A DNA stretch of 64,000 nt, taken from contig BAAIJX010000017.1 in the NCBI GenBank assembly GCA_054600435.1, forward strand, positions 62,001 through 126,000, read 5' to 3'. The notes below the pieces were generated by a model that saw only the letters and a program-made list of their open reading frames with translations, was not told the DNA's origin and searched no databases. The stretch comes from Neophaeotheca triangularis. Lineage: Eukaryota. The translations under genes and the position numbers were made by a program. Positions 34,810 through 45,573 of this stretch are shown in pieces; position 1 is the stretch's first letter; every line of letters starts with the position of its first letter.

Positions 34810-37683
34810 TCAATCCAGCGCCAAGCCCCCCGCCGCCCGTTCCAGCACCCCAGCAGCCCTTTGCACCAACCGCTCGGCCTCCTTCCATTGGCCCCTCTCA
34901 ACCGCATCCCTAACAGCAGGAAAACTAAATCCCTTCCTCCCAGTCTTCGCCGTAGGTCCGAACAACACATGCTTATACTGCTCACGGCCGGGGACACCAT
35001 ACCCACCACCATCGGGATGAGAGTGCTCCTTCTTCGGGTCCGCATCCCTCTTACCGTCGCCCCCACCCTCACTTGGCAAATCCAAGAGCGCGGTTTCGAA
35101 ATCCGTGAGTCTCTCGTTGAAGCTCACGCGCTGGAGGGCGTACGAAGTCGTTTCCAGCCCGCCGCGGCCCATGACGTTGGTGGTCCAGACTTCTTCGAAA
35201 CGGTGCAGGGTTTCGGCGTTGGAGGTCAGGAGTTCGGCCGCTGATCGGAGCGGGGTGAGGTCGAGGTTTTCGTGTTGAGAGGGGTTGTCTTTGTCGTCTC
35301 GAGACTGGGTTGGTTTGTTATTGTTGTTGTCGCCGACAGCCCGGACAAAGTTCTGCAGATCGGAAATGTAATTCTTAACTTCAGCCGCGTAAGTGCGAAC
35401 ATCATAAGGGATAAGCGGTTGATCGGCAAGTTCAAGGATGAGCAGTGCCCAGACCTGGGCCAGCGCTTTATGGTGCTCGAACCCAGGGTCGCCGACTTTT
35501 TGCATCCACTCGTGGTTATCGTAGCAAGAGCCGGCGGGGTAAGCGTGAGGCCTGTCGTCCGATGGCGCGAAACCCATGTCTAGACTGCTGGTGCCGGCGA
35601 TTTGCTGCCAAGGGGTGGCATCTCCTTCGGCGCCGAGGTTGGAGAAGTGCGAGTCTGAGGTCTCCCACAGGTGGCGGAGCGAGTCGTTGGAGGTTGGGTC
35701 GGGTACGCGGTCGAGGACGTGGGCGAGGGCGCGTTGCCAAAGCGGGGATCCTGACGCGGAGAATTGCGGGCCGGAGACGCCGACGTCGACGTTGAGGTAG
35801 GCAATGGCGGATTTGCGGAGGCCGGCGGTGTGATCTTCGACATATTCGGTGCTGCCGATGGCGTTATAGGCGGTGGCGTCCCAGCTTATAAATTCAATGG
35901 AGCGTAAGGGTCGCCAGCCGATGGCGCGGAGTTTGCCGATGATTTCGATCACGTGGGTCATGACGGCTGTAGAGGAGCCTGGGTCTGCGGCGCCAAAGCA
36001 CCAGCTGTCGCGGTGGGAGCCGACTATGACTTTTTTGGAAGGCTGTTCGTAGCCTTGGATTAGGCCGTGGAGGTTCCAGATTTGCTGCTTTTTGCTGTGG
36101 TCATTTTTGTTTTTGAGGTGGACGGTGGGCCCGTTGTCGCTGCTGCCAGTGTACCACTTTGCCTGAAACTTGTCGTCGCCGCCTCTCCATTTCTTTGGTA
36201 CCTTTTCGCCGTAATTTTCCAGGGCCTTGACCAGCTCCTGAGCGTCCCGCCATGACAGCGGGAGCGAGGGAATACCTGGCAACGCCGGGTTACCGTCCAT
36301 CCCTTTTCTCTTAGCCTTCTCGGTGCTCGCGAAGCCAGGAGTCAAGGGGTCGCCCATGATTTGGTTCATCCTGCTAACTGAACCACGGTGAACAGCATCA
36401 GCAGGCCTCCCGTCTTGATCCTCGCTCGGATCGGAAAAGACTAGCACACCAACACACCCAGCCTCCTCAGCCGCCTGAATTTTCACATCCAAATCCATCT
36501 CCGTAGCATAATACCTCACCAGCGCCACGGTACCATTCAGACTCACCCCCTTCCCCCTCAACCACTCAAAATCCTCCCGACTCCCACCATTGGCATAAAC
36601 CAACGGCCCCTCAACCTCGCCATCCCCACTATGCCCATGCCAAACGAGTGTCTGCTGCGTCGCCATCGATTTATCCACCCGCTCCTCCTCCAAAGTCGCC
36701 TCAAACCCCCCTTCCCCCACAACCCTAACCCCCCGTCCCTTTTTCGTAGGATAGTCCAAAAGCACAAAATAATCCAGCAGCGCCAACTCATCCAGTCTTC
36801 CCCTCTCGCTCCACGCCTCCTCCAACCACCTCGCCAAGTACAAATCCCCCTCCGTGCCGGCAACGTGGTCATAACTGCTGGCGTGGAAGTTGTACTCTTG
36901 TATCGCGTCGGCTTTCATGTGTTCTTGTACGAAGCCGCGCACGCTTTCCGGGTCGAAGCGCGCAGCCATGATGTTGTGTCCGCCGGGGAAGAGATCGAGG
37001 GCGAAGAGCGCCCAAATTGCGCTGGCGATTATGAATAGGCCGCATAAGCGGGCGAAAATGGGGGCGCTTAGGCGGTATTCTTCTGGCATGGCTGGGACAG
37101 GGAGACTGGAGCGAAGGCGGGGAATGAAAGCTTGGGGTTGGTTGGGGGTCGAGGAGGCTTGTTCGGCGGGAGGTGTGGTGGTGGAGGTGTTGTTGTTGTC
37201 GTCGTCGTTGTTATTGGAAGAGTCGGTGGGAACGGAGTTGTAGAGAGAGCGGAAGTTGGGCAGACGGAGCGATGACAGAGTCGCGCCGAGGTTGGAGAGG
37301 CGCTGCCCCCAATGTTTGGTCCGTATTCGCGAGCGGTGGTAAAGGCGCGGTGATCGGCGTGATGTGTCTGGACCGTCTTCTGGGTCCATGTAGTCCAGCT
37401 CTTCTATATTGCGCCGGGCATCGTCGCCATCGACTTCGGGGAGGTGGAGGTCGCTTTCCAGACTCGATCGCGCCGACTCGACAGTCGGAGCGTGGTAGTC
37501 GCCATTGCGCCTCGATGTGTTCTCGTCTTGTTGTCGGCCCAGGAGGCCTTGCCTTTCTGCCTCATCGCTTGTTCCGCGTGTGCCACTGTACTCTTGCGAA
37601 GATTCCGGGCGGGACGAGGTGGCTTCTTCGTAACTCGGGATGGGTATAGGTAGGTTCCTAGCCTTTTCGTCGATGTAGTCCAT
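34810..37683 (-). CDS. Transferrin-receptor-like M28 protein (Tre1/Tre2/Vps70-like): TM helix, PA domain, M28 domain, TfR dimerisation domain
   Basis: 957-aa ORF; N-terminal PIPSYEEA; TM ARLCGLFIIASAIWALFAL; HVAGTEGD, LVYANGGSREDF, GDPLTPG, GSHRDSWCFGAADPGSS, AYLNVDVGVSG, YKHVLFGP. Confidence 0.9.
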   Translation of the reverse strand: MDYIDEKARNLPIPIPSYEEATSSRPESSQEYSGTRGTSDEAERQGLLGRQQDENTSRRNGDYHAPTVESARSSLESDLHLPEVDGDDARRNIEELDYMDPEDGPDTSRRSPRLYHRSRIRTKHWGQRLSNLGATLSSLRLPNFRSLYNSVPTDSSNNNDDDNNNTSTTTPPAEQASSTPNQPQAFIPRLRSSLPVPAMPEEYRLSAPIFARLCGLFIIASAIWALFALDLFPGGHNIMAARFDPESVRGFVQEHMKADAIQEYNFHASSYDHVAGTEGDLYLARWLEEAWSERGRLDELALLDYFVLLDYPTKKGRGVRVVGEGGFEATLEEERVDKSMATQQTLVWHGHSGDGEVEGPLVYANGGSREDFEWLRGKGVSLNGTVALVRYYATEMDLDVKIQAAEEAGCVGVLVFSDPSEDQDGRPADAVHRGSVSRMNQIMGDPLTPGFASTEKAKRKGMDGNPALPGIPSLPLSWRDAQELVKALENYGEKVPKKWRGGDDKFQAKWYTGSSDNGPTVHLKNKNDHSKKQQIWNLHGLIQGYEQPSKKVIVGSHRDSWCFGAADPGSSTAVMTHVIEIIGKLRAIGWRPLRSIEFISWDATAYNAIGSTEYVEDHTAGLRKSAIAYLNVDVGVSGPQFSASGSPLWQRALAHVLDRVPDPTSNDSLRHLWETSDSHFSNLGAEGDATPWQQIAGTSSLDMGFAPSDDRPHAYPAGSCYDNHEWMQKVGDPGFEHHKALAQVWALLILELADQPLIPYDVRTYAAEVKNYISDLQNFVRAVGDNNNNKPTQSRDDKDNPSQHENLDLTPLRSAAELLTSNAETLHRFEEVWTTNVMGRGGLETTSYALQRVSFNERLTDFETALLDLPSEGGGDGKRDADPKKEHSHPDGGGYGVPGREQYKHVLFGPTAKTGRKGFSFPAVRDAVERGQWKEAERLVQRAAGVLERAAGGLALD

Positions 37684-38320
37684 GGTTGGGAATGATGCTG
37701 GACTGGACAGCTAGCTGGCGGCTCGTTTATCCAGCTATCGAGTACATGTCAAGGAGGAGACGGGAGTGGTGTTGGCTGCAATCAAAATGTTCCAGCGAAG
37801 GCGGTATTACAGGTTTCAACAGTGTACTCGGGCTGATTCCGATCAATACAGTAGGTGTATCAAGTAAGGTAGTAGTAGGCCATGCCATGTTGCGTTGCGT
37901 TGCCTCCTTGTCCCAAGACTGCCCCCGTCTCGGCGCTGCTGACACTTCGGCTGACCATTCCCCGATTGCCGAAATCCTTACTAAAGAGTAACATCCATGG
38001 ACATATAGTACATCAGACATTGCCCCCGTCCATCTTCAACGACCACCGGGAGATCGACAAAATCAAGACAAAATCAAGACAATGGCTATAGAGCGGAATA
38101 CAGAACTGTTAGATAGTCTGACGATGCAAATCCCTCATTACCACGTATCATCTAAGTTTCCGTACATATACATGGTGCTTTGCGTCTAAACTACAACCAC
38201 GACCGCAACCACCGACGAGCCCCAACCACCACGATCCATAATCCTAGAAAATATCCAGAATAGTTCCGTAAATACAACACAAACCATTAGGCTTCCCATC
38301 CCTCGCCTTCCTTATCCTTA

Positions 38321-38390
38321 ACAAGGTCAAAGCCACCGTAGCCACCCATCCCTCCTCTTCCCTATCCGTGACAAGGTCAAAGCCACCGTA
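38321..38390. repeat. Direct repeat ACAAGGTCAAAGCCACCGTA x2, period 50 nt
   Basis: Exact 20-mer at 38321-38340 and 38371-38390; partial third copy CAAGGTCAAAG near 38474. Confidence 0.85.
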
Positions 38391-38596
38391 ACCACCCAAT
38401 CGCCCGAACACTCCCATAGATGTACATCGGCAGTCTCCCAGACCTACCTATCCAAATGAAGATGTAGCCGGTCCAAGGTCAAAGTAGCCGAATTAGTTTT
38501 GGTGATATGGGTATCTTCGCAATCTCCGTATTCACAACATCTGAGCTGCTTAGCTTTTTCCTCGCCACTAAGCAGCAGGACCACCTCATTACAACT

Positions 38597-39741
38597 TCAG
38601 CCGACAGTCTTTATATCCGCAGAAGCGGCCGCGGCACCCGCAGCCGCCGTATTACCATCCACAGCGACTGGCTCACCGGTCCTCTTCTCCTCTTCCTCCT
38701 TGGCAGCCAGCCCCTCCGCCAGCTGTAGCTGACCCGCTTCCTTCTTCCCAGCACTCTCCCCCTGATACTTCGGCGTAAGCCCCACCTCCTCCAAGGCCTT
38801 GCCATTCCCTCCATACTCTTTAGGAACCTCCGGACCCAGATAATTCACCAGCTCGCTCCCGTAGCTCATCCAAGTCATCTTCCTCACCGAATCCTTACTC
38901 ATGAGCCCTTTCATAAGCCCCATCATCCATTGCATGACAAAGGGCACGTTCACAAAATACTTATAACTCACAGTCTCTGGGTAGTATTTCTGAAAGAGCT
39001 GGATGATTTGCTGCGAAGAGTTTTTGATCTCGCTGGGTTGGCGGAAAAAAGAAACGTTGAGGTAATCGTGGATTTGGAGAGCTTGGTAAGGATCGTGGCC
39101 GGCGGGGGTATTGTAGTCGGGGATTGATTTGGTGGCGGTTGACAGAGAGAGGTGAGAGAGGGTTAGTTCCATCAGCGCGACGCGCCAGCGGATGAATCTT
39201 GATGGACTTGTTAGGTGCCCGCCGGGTTTCAAAAGCAAAATCCGGTAGCCACTCACTCATCAGCGTTGCCGAAGATCCTCTTTGAGTCCTTTGCCGCCGC
39301 GCCGTAGATGTTGAAGGTCGCTACATCCTCTTCATTGCCCGTTTCTTTCGCGCCGCGAATTTTGGTCACGTAACCTATACCGCTGAATTTGCTGCCGTCA
39401 AACATTTCGTCTTTGGCTTTGAGCGGATCGTATTCTTTCCGCCATTTGAGCGCTTCTGTGAGTTGAGTTTTGGCGGCTGCGAGGTCTCCGGCGTTGGCGC
39501 GTAGGAACTTTTGGAGGATGATTAGGGTGGTGTGGGGGGTTTGGCTGGCTTGCGGGTGATGTTAGTTGGGAGAGAGGTGGAAGGGGATGAAGAGGTGTAC
39601 TGACGAGTTTGTTGGCGCTGAGAGGGTCACGCCGTACATTTCGTTGTAGCTGGTGGATTCGAGAATGCTGGAGAGAGCAGAGGAGAATTGGTTGAGAGGG
39701 TGGTCGGGGGATGCTGGTGGCCAAACTTGCTCAGAAGCCAT
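38597..39741 (-). CDS. SFH5: Sec14-like CRAL-TRIO protein Sfh5, 3 exons
   Basis: YNEMYGV, LIILQKFLRAN, LKWRKEYDP, TFNIYG, FIRWRVALMEL, QIHDYLNVSFFR, FQKYYPETVSYKYFVNVP, PKEYGG. Confidence 0.88.
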
Positions 39742-40042
39742 GATGAATAGATAGTGAGTGGGAGGGTCTGACTCGAGGGGGTGATGTGTATTCCGTGGTC
39801 GAGGTCAGCAAGGTGGCAAGGGGTGAATGGAGGAGACCCGGAGGAGACCTGGAGGTGGGGATAAGGGAGCTCCAAACGAAGACGAAAGGTTATCTATCCA
39901 AGATCTTATCAGATGCAATTCGACCTCGGTTCGTGTTGAGCTTAAGCCACGTCAAGCCGTCAATGTCCATGTTTCTTGTCTTGAGACGAAACATGTTCCT
40001 CCTCCTCCATTTTGCTCCCAACGAACCTCTTGGATAGGAACA

Positions 40043-41105
40043 ATGGCCTCCATACTGAGAACGTCTGCTCTCCGCAGCCTCCCCAAGCGAAACCTCACAC
40101 CACAATGGCGAAGCTTCGCCTCGAGCAGATCGGCCCTGGCTGAGGCGCAAGCAGCAGAGATCAAGAGACTGGGAGTGATAGGAGCAGGGCAGGTTCGCAT
40201 AAAGACCCGAGGAAAAACAACCAAAGTACACAAACGCTCAGAAACTAACTCTCGCTCTCGCCCTGTAGATGGGTCTGGGCATCGCCCTCGTAGCAGCGCA
40301 AAAAGCCGGCGTCCCCGTAACCCTAGTCGACACCTCGCAAGCCTCCCTGGACAAAGGCCTCTCCTTCGCCCACAAACTCCTGTCCAAAGACGTCAGCAAA
40401 GAGCGGATAACGCAAGCGACCGCCGACGAAACCCACTCGCTCCTAACCCCGACGACGCAAATCGCAGACCTGTCAGCCGTAGACATGGTAATCGAAGCGG
40501 CGCCGGAAAGCCTCGCGCTCAAAACCACCCTCTTCTCCCAACTCGCCAGCATCTGCGGCCCGACGGCCATCCTCGCGACCAACACAAGCTCCATCTCCAT
40601 CACCAGACTCGCCGCGGCCACGACCCCGTCCAACCCAACCGACACCAGCACCTCATCGCGAGTCATAGCAACGCACTTCATGAACCCGGTGCCGGTGCAA
40701 AAAGGCGTCGAAATCATCCGCGGGTTGCAAACGTCGCCCTCGACCCTGGCGACGGCCGTCGCCTTCTGCACCCGCATGGGCAAAATCCCCTCGACCTCGG
40801 CCGACACCCCGGGCTTCCTCGCCAACCGCATCCTCATGCCTTATATCAACGAAGCCATCCTTTGTCTGGAGACTGGGGTCGGGGACCGCGACAGCATCGA
40901 CGCGATTATGAAGAACGGGACGAATGTGCCCATGGGCCCGTTGCAGTTGGCGGATTTTATTGGTTTGGATACTTGCTTGAGTATCATGGAGGTGCTTTAT
41001 CAGGGCACGGGGGATTCCAAGTACAGGGCCAGTGTTAGATTGAGGGGGATGGTGGAGGCCGGATGGTTGGGGAAGAAGAGCGGCAAGGGGTTTTATGAGT
41101 ATTGA
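40043..41105 (+). CDS. Mitochondrial 3-hydroxybutyryl-CoA (3-hydroxyacyl-CoA) dehydrogenase, 2 exons
   Basis: Arg/Ser-rich presequence; GVIGAGQ|MGLGIA (intron 40193-40268), VIEAAPE, LATNTSSISIT, HFMNPVP, PGFLANRIL, PMGPLQLADFIGLD, LGKKSGKGFY. Confidence 0.93.
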
Positions 41106-41489
41106 TTGATTGTCTTCTTGAGAAGGAGGAGACACGGGGGGGTATTTTGCTACTACTTTTGCACTAGATGCGCTTCTCGGCCATATCCACAATCCAACAC
41201 TTTGATCCTTTTATTTTTTTTTAAATGAGATAATTCAGAATCATAAAACTTCCCAAAACCCCTCCATTCCATCACCCTCAAACCCAGAACACCACCTACA
41301 CAAAGCCAGCAGCCAAATGCCAGCAGCAGCAACCCCAGCCAGCACCAACCATGCAATTTTTGCAATCGAAACAAAGAAAGTGGTGCAAAAAGAGAAATCA
41401 AAAAAAAAAAAAAAAAGAAAGAAAACGACGCTCAAACGCGACAGCCCAGCACCACCAAAAATCTAGACAGCAGCAACAAGAAACCTCTC

Positions 41490-43284
41490 TCAACAATGAC
41501 CATGAAGGCCGTTCGTCGCGTAGCCATTGCTGGGTTTTGGATGCTGCTTGCTCGTCGCGCCGAGCAGACTCTGCACCATTTCGCCGCCGCGGGTCGCGAG
41601 AATGGAGAGGAGGGTATCGCTGAGCTAGAACGGGAGAGAGGCAAGGAGGGTCAGTAAGATTGTAAGATTGCAAGCAGCGATTGCAGCGATCGTTTCGTTT
41701 GGGGGATTTTTTTGTCACGACCTGAGCAGCCGGGACAGAGGGGGGTGGGGTGGAGGGTATGAGATGGGGGGAGAGGGAAGATTCAAAACTCACCCCATGC
41801 GTGCCCTCGTTACATCCTTGTAGCCAAATACCCGCGTCTTCACTCACAGCGCCCGGCCTAGTTTTGACCCGGTAATCGCGTTGGACTTCCCACTTCGCGG
41901 CTTTGCGCCCTTCCTTACCACTATCACCACCGCTAGCCAGAGGTTTCAGCCCCTCAACCCCCCTCAACATCTCCTCGTGCGCGTCCCTCCGATAACCACT
42001 AGCGACAACAACGGCATCGACGTCCATAAACTCCTCCGCATCTGCATCCGCATCCGCATCCGACCTCTGACCCCCATCACCCTCGTCAGCGGCAGCAAAC
42101 CCCCTCGCCAAATCTCTAACCCTCAATCTCACCCCGCCACCCTTGACTCCAGTCTCGACACCGACAACCTCTCTAAAATTCAGAATCTGCAATCTCGTCT
42201 CCCCCCGGACACGCTGCGAATACAAGTCGCCGTAAATTTCCTCCAGCAACTCGGGCCGCACGACGCCATAGTTTGTGCTCTTGTCCTCGAGCAATCTGCG
42301 CTGTCGGATTTCCGGAGCGAGCTGCCAGACCTGATCGACGCGTTCGGGGTCGAAGATTTCGTTGACGAAAGGCGAGTCGTCGGACGGTTTGAGAGCGGCG
42401 CCGCGGATGAGGAGAGAAATTTTGGTCGAGGGGGGAAAGTTTTGGGGTAGGTTGTGGAAGATTTCGGCGGCGGATTGGCCGCCGCCTATGACGGCGATGT
42501 GGGTTGGTGGAGGGGTGGGAGCGGGGAATAGGGTGGGGAGAGTGGTGGCGTATTGGGAAGAGTGCAGGATGCGGGGATGTGGTGAGGAGGTGGGCGTGAA
42601 GGGGGCAGGGAGGGAGGGTTTGCCGCCTGCTGCGATGATGACGTTACGGGTGCGCAGGGTGGTTGGGGTGTTGGTGAGGGTGTTGGTGGAGGTAATGGTG
42701 AAGTGGGAGATCTTGTTCGTGGTTGGGTCGACGGGGCCGGCGGTTATGGAGGAGACGTCTTGGCTGTAGGAGACGTTGGGGGTGAAGTGGTTGGCGCACC
42801 AGCGCATGTAGTCTTCGTATTCGATGCGTTGGGGGAGGAAGGTTGACAGATTGGTGAAGTGGACTAGCCGGTCTTGGTTGAAGAGGTAGTTGAGAAATGT
42901 GAATTCCGATCTAGGGTTGCGGAGAGTGGCCAGGTCTTTGATGAAGGTGATTTGCATCTTGGCGCCTGGGAGGAGCATGCCGGCGTGCCAGGCGAAGTGG
43001 TTTTGACGTTCGAGGAAGCGGACCTTGGGGCGATTCGTTTTGAGGTTGGCGGCATCCTTGGGCGAGTCCAAAGCATCGTGGAGGGCTACGGCGATTGCTA
43101 GAGAGGCGGGACCGAAACCAACGCAGATTAGGTCGTGAATGTCGTCGTCTGAAGTTGGAGGGAGGTGGGATGTTTTCTCAGGCTCGCTGTGGCCGTTGGT
43201 TTGTTGTGACGGTGGTGTTGGTGGCATGGTGTTTCCAGCGTCAGATTCACTGTCCGAGGGAATCGAGACTGCATGTGGCGACAT
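41490..43284 (-). CDS. sidA: L-ornithine N5-monooxygenase (siderophore biosynthesis), 2 exons
   Basis: DLICVGFGPASLAIA, FAWHAGMLLPGAKMQITFIKDLAT, IGGGQSAAE, PSDDSPFVNEIF, ASGY, LQGCNEGTHG|LSDTLLSILA (intron 41625-41793); true stop 41490-41492. Confidence 0.96.
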
Positions 43285-43287
43285 TAT

Positions 43288-43322
43288 GGTGGTGGTGGTG
43301 GTGGTGGTGGTGGTGGTGGTGG
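43288..43322. repeat. (GGT)n trinucleotide repeat, read as (ACC)n in the sidA 5' UTR 3 nt before the ATG
   Basis: about 11-12 units read directly. Confidence 0.9.
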
Positions 43323-43445
43323 ATATAGATCTCCAACAAAAGGGACGGCACGAGACGAGACGAGATGAGATCGCAAGCCGATAAAAATGATGATGATGAT
43401 GATGCTGATGCTGATAATTTTCTTCAAGAAGTTGGCCGTGGTAGG

Positions 43446-44950
43446 ATCAGATAGAGAAGTAAAGGAAGGATCTGATAATGCTATGATCAGGAAAGAGTCA
43501 CGAGTCCCGTATAAACAATAGAATAATGATCAGGGAAGGAAAGCCGTCAGGATCGAATCAGGAGAGCAGGTAGTGTTGTCCAGACTAGTCGAGGGAAAAA
43601 GTAGGAGGTAGTAAGTTAGTGGAATAATGGCGCCGTCGACGTTGCAAGGCTCCATCAACCCACTATTGACGAGGATTGACCAGAGTACTAGTTAACGTTT
43701 CGTAGATGATCAGGTAGGGTTCAGGCCGACATGCAAAGCAGATAATTATTATTGGCCGGCCGTGACGACGACGTCAACAGTGATGGATGCCAGCAATCCG
43801 ATGTGCAGGTCGTGGTCGCTCCTACCTCGCCGTCATTACAAGATATGATCATCCACTTACCTTATGCTAGGCTAGGGTACCTAGGCAGGTGGTCGGGTAT
43901 GTATGTATGTATGTGTAATTGAATGACAAGTGTAAAGGTACCTACCTCTAGCAAGGGTAGGTAGCGTCAGAGGAGTTGTCAAAAATAGGTGGTAGGTCGT
44001 AAGGTTGTAGTAGTGTCGGGTGTGAGAGGGAGTAATTAGAAGGTAAGACAAACGGCGAGGCAATCGAAGGCGATGGACGCACGTGTAAAAGGAGTCAGGG
44101 ATGGGGAGGCATACGCAGCGGTTGGGGGTAATAGCAGTGGAGTGGTACGATACCTCTCACACCGGGCCAAAAGTCACGCAAGTAAAACGAAGCCACCTCA
44201 GGCTAGAGATCGGCAGGCAAAAGACTCCCGCTCACAAACTAGAGAAAAACACAATGAAAACGACGACGACCAAGGTACTACTGGCAACGCTACCAAAAGC
44301 CGACAATTCCCGAACAGTTCCACCTTATCAATTTAAACAAATCTAATCAGATGGAGACGACAAGAACGACTAGACCTAGAAGACAGTGGTCCGGCGGAAA
44401 GTGCCATGCGACCCAAATCACACCAAGCGGCTACGACCATAGTGTGTGGATTCCATGACGACGACAACGACCACCACCACCTCCACCATCACCACCATCA
44501 CCGTCCACAAAACCCCCATACCCTGCCTAACTACCTCGGTCGAGCTAACCTGGAAAGTACACAAAGGAAAAGAAAAAAATCACCTGTACCCAGCTGCGAG
44601 CTGACGTCGCAATCCGCCAGCCCAGCCCAATACCTTAGTGCCCACCTAGCCAGCACCGGTAAGTGTAAGGTAAGGTACAGTCTCAAACCCACCTGCATGT
44701 AGCTGCCCGACCCGAAGAGGTGACGACGAAACTAAGTTATCTGATCGGGCGAGTAGCGAAAGCACGGGGGGAAAACCAGCACGGGCACCACTCCACCCGG
44801 GACCATCTGATAAAAAAAATTTCTTCTACCTTAGGTACGTAAGGTAGTAGTCAAAAGCCTCCAGCCCCGCTCCGACGAACCGCTTAAGGGCTAGTATGTA
44901 CCACTACCGTGCTCGTATCTAGTAGGCTGAACGTCGATCCCATCTGATAA
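43446..44950. promoter_or_regulatory. Iron-responsive GATA (SreA/Urbs1-type ATCWGATAA) sites upstream of sidA
   Basis: ATCTGATAA at 43470-43478, 44805-44813 and 44942-44950; TTATCTGAT (reverse complement ATCAGATAA) at 44737-44745; near match ATCAGATAG at 43446-43454. Confidence 0.8.
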
Positions 44951-45573
44951 CTCAATGAACTACCTCCCTGTTCACTAACGAACGACGACCCCACGCCAAA
45001 TCAAGGTCTTACACTATAATATGCGGCAGAGTTTTTCTTCCCCTTTCCAATTCTCTCGTCAGGGTTCAAGGCCGGTGTGCAGCTGCGGGCGTGCTGATCG
45101 TGGAGTCCCGAGCGCTGGTAGGTTTTGCGCACGGCGAGCGGAGCGATGTCGGAGGGGGGTTTTGTTTTGGACAGAAGTCTTGGGTTGGGTCGATGATCGA
45201 CCTTGAGGTACCTGGCTCACTTTTACCTTCCGTTCTTGCGAGGTGCGGATCGATCTGGTGGCTCGATCGAGCGGTTGGACGGACGAGAGACGCGGGTGCC
45301 TGAGGGCTAAAGGGGAGAGAGGCATGGGCGCCTGATGGTTCCCAAGGGGGGTCGCGGACTCGTGGTGTATGATGGATTTCAGAGGAGAACACATGACCGA
45401 CCCTGGAGGTGACATGCTAGATGCGGCGATGATATATAGCAATTTCGGCTACTTGCGTTTGAAAGACGCCTGACGTGCCCGGGAAACTCCAATCGCTTGA
45501 GAAGAGATGTACAAAATCCCCCCATCACAGCCACAGTCACAGTCACAATTTCCCTCCCCCTTAGCCTCCCCCG

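Noticed and set aside
38321..38390. CRISPR-like repeat-spacer-repeat
   Set aside because: Only two copies, similar flanks indicating tandem duplication, eukaryotic context and no cas genes
40043..41105. 3-hydroxybutyryl-CoA dehydrogenase as an acyl donor enzyme of the siderophore cluster
   Set aside because: Has a mitochondrial presequence and no iron-response site; ferrichrome-type siderophores normally use acetyl groups; adjacency alone is insufficient
41398..41793. 628-aa sidA ORF with an unusual C-terminal extension
   Set aside because: Artefact of reading through intron 41625-41793; splicing restores the conserved LSDTLLS motif and a stop at 41490
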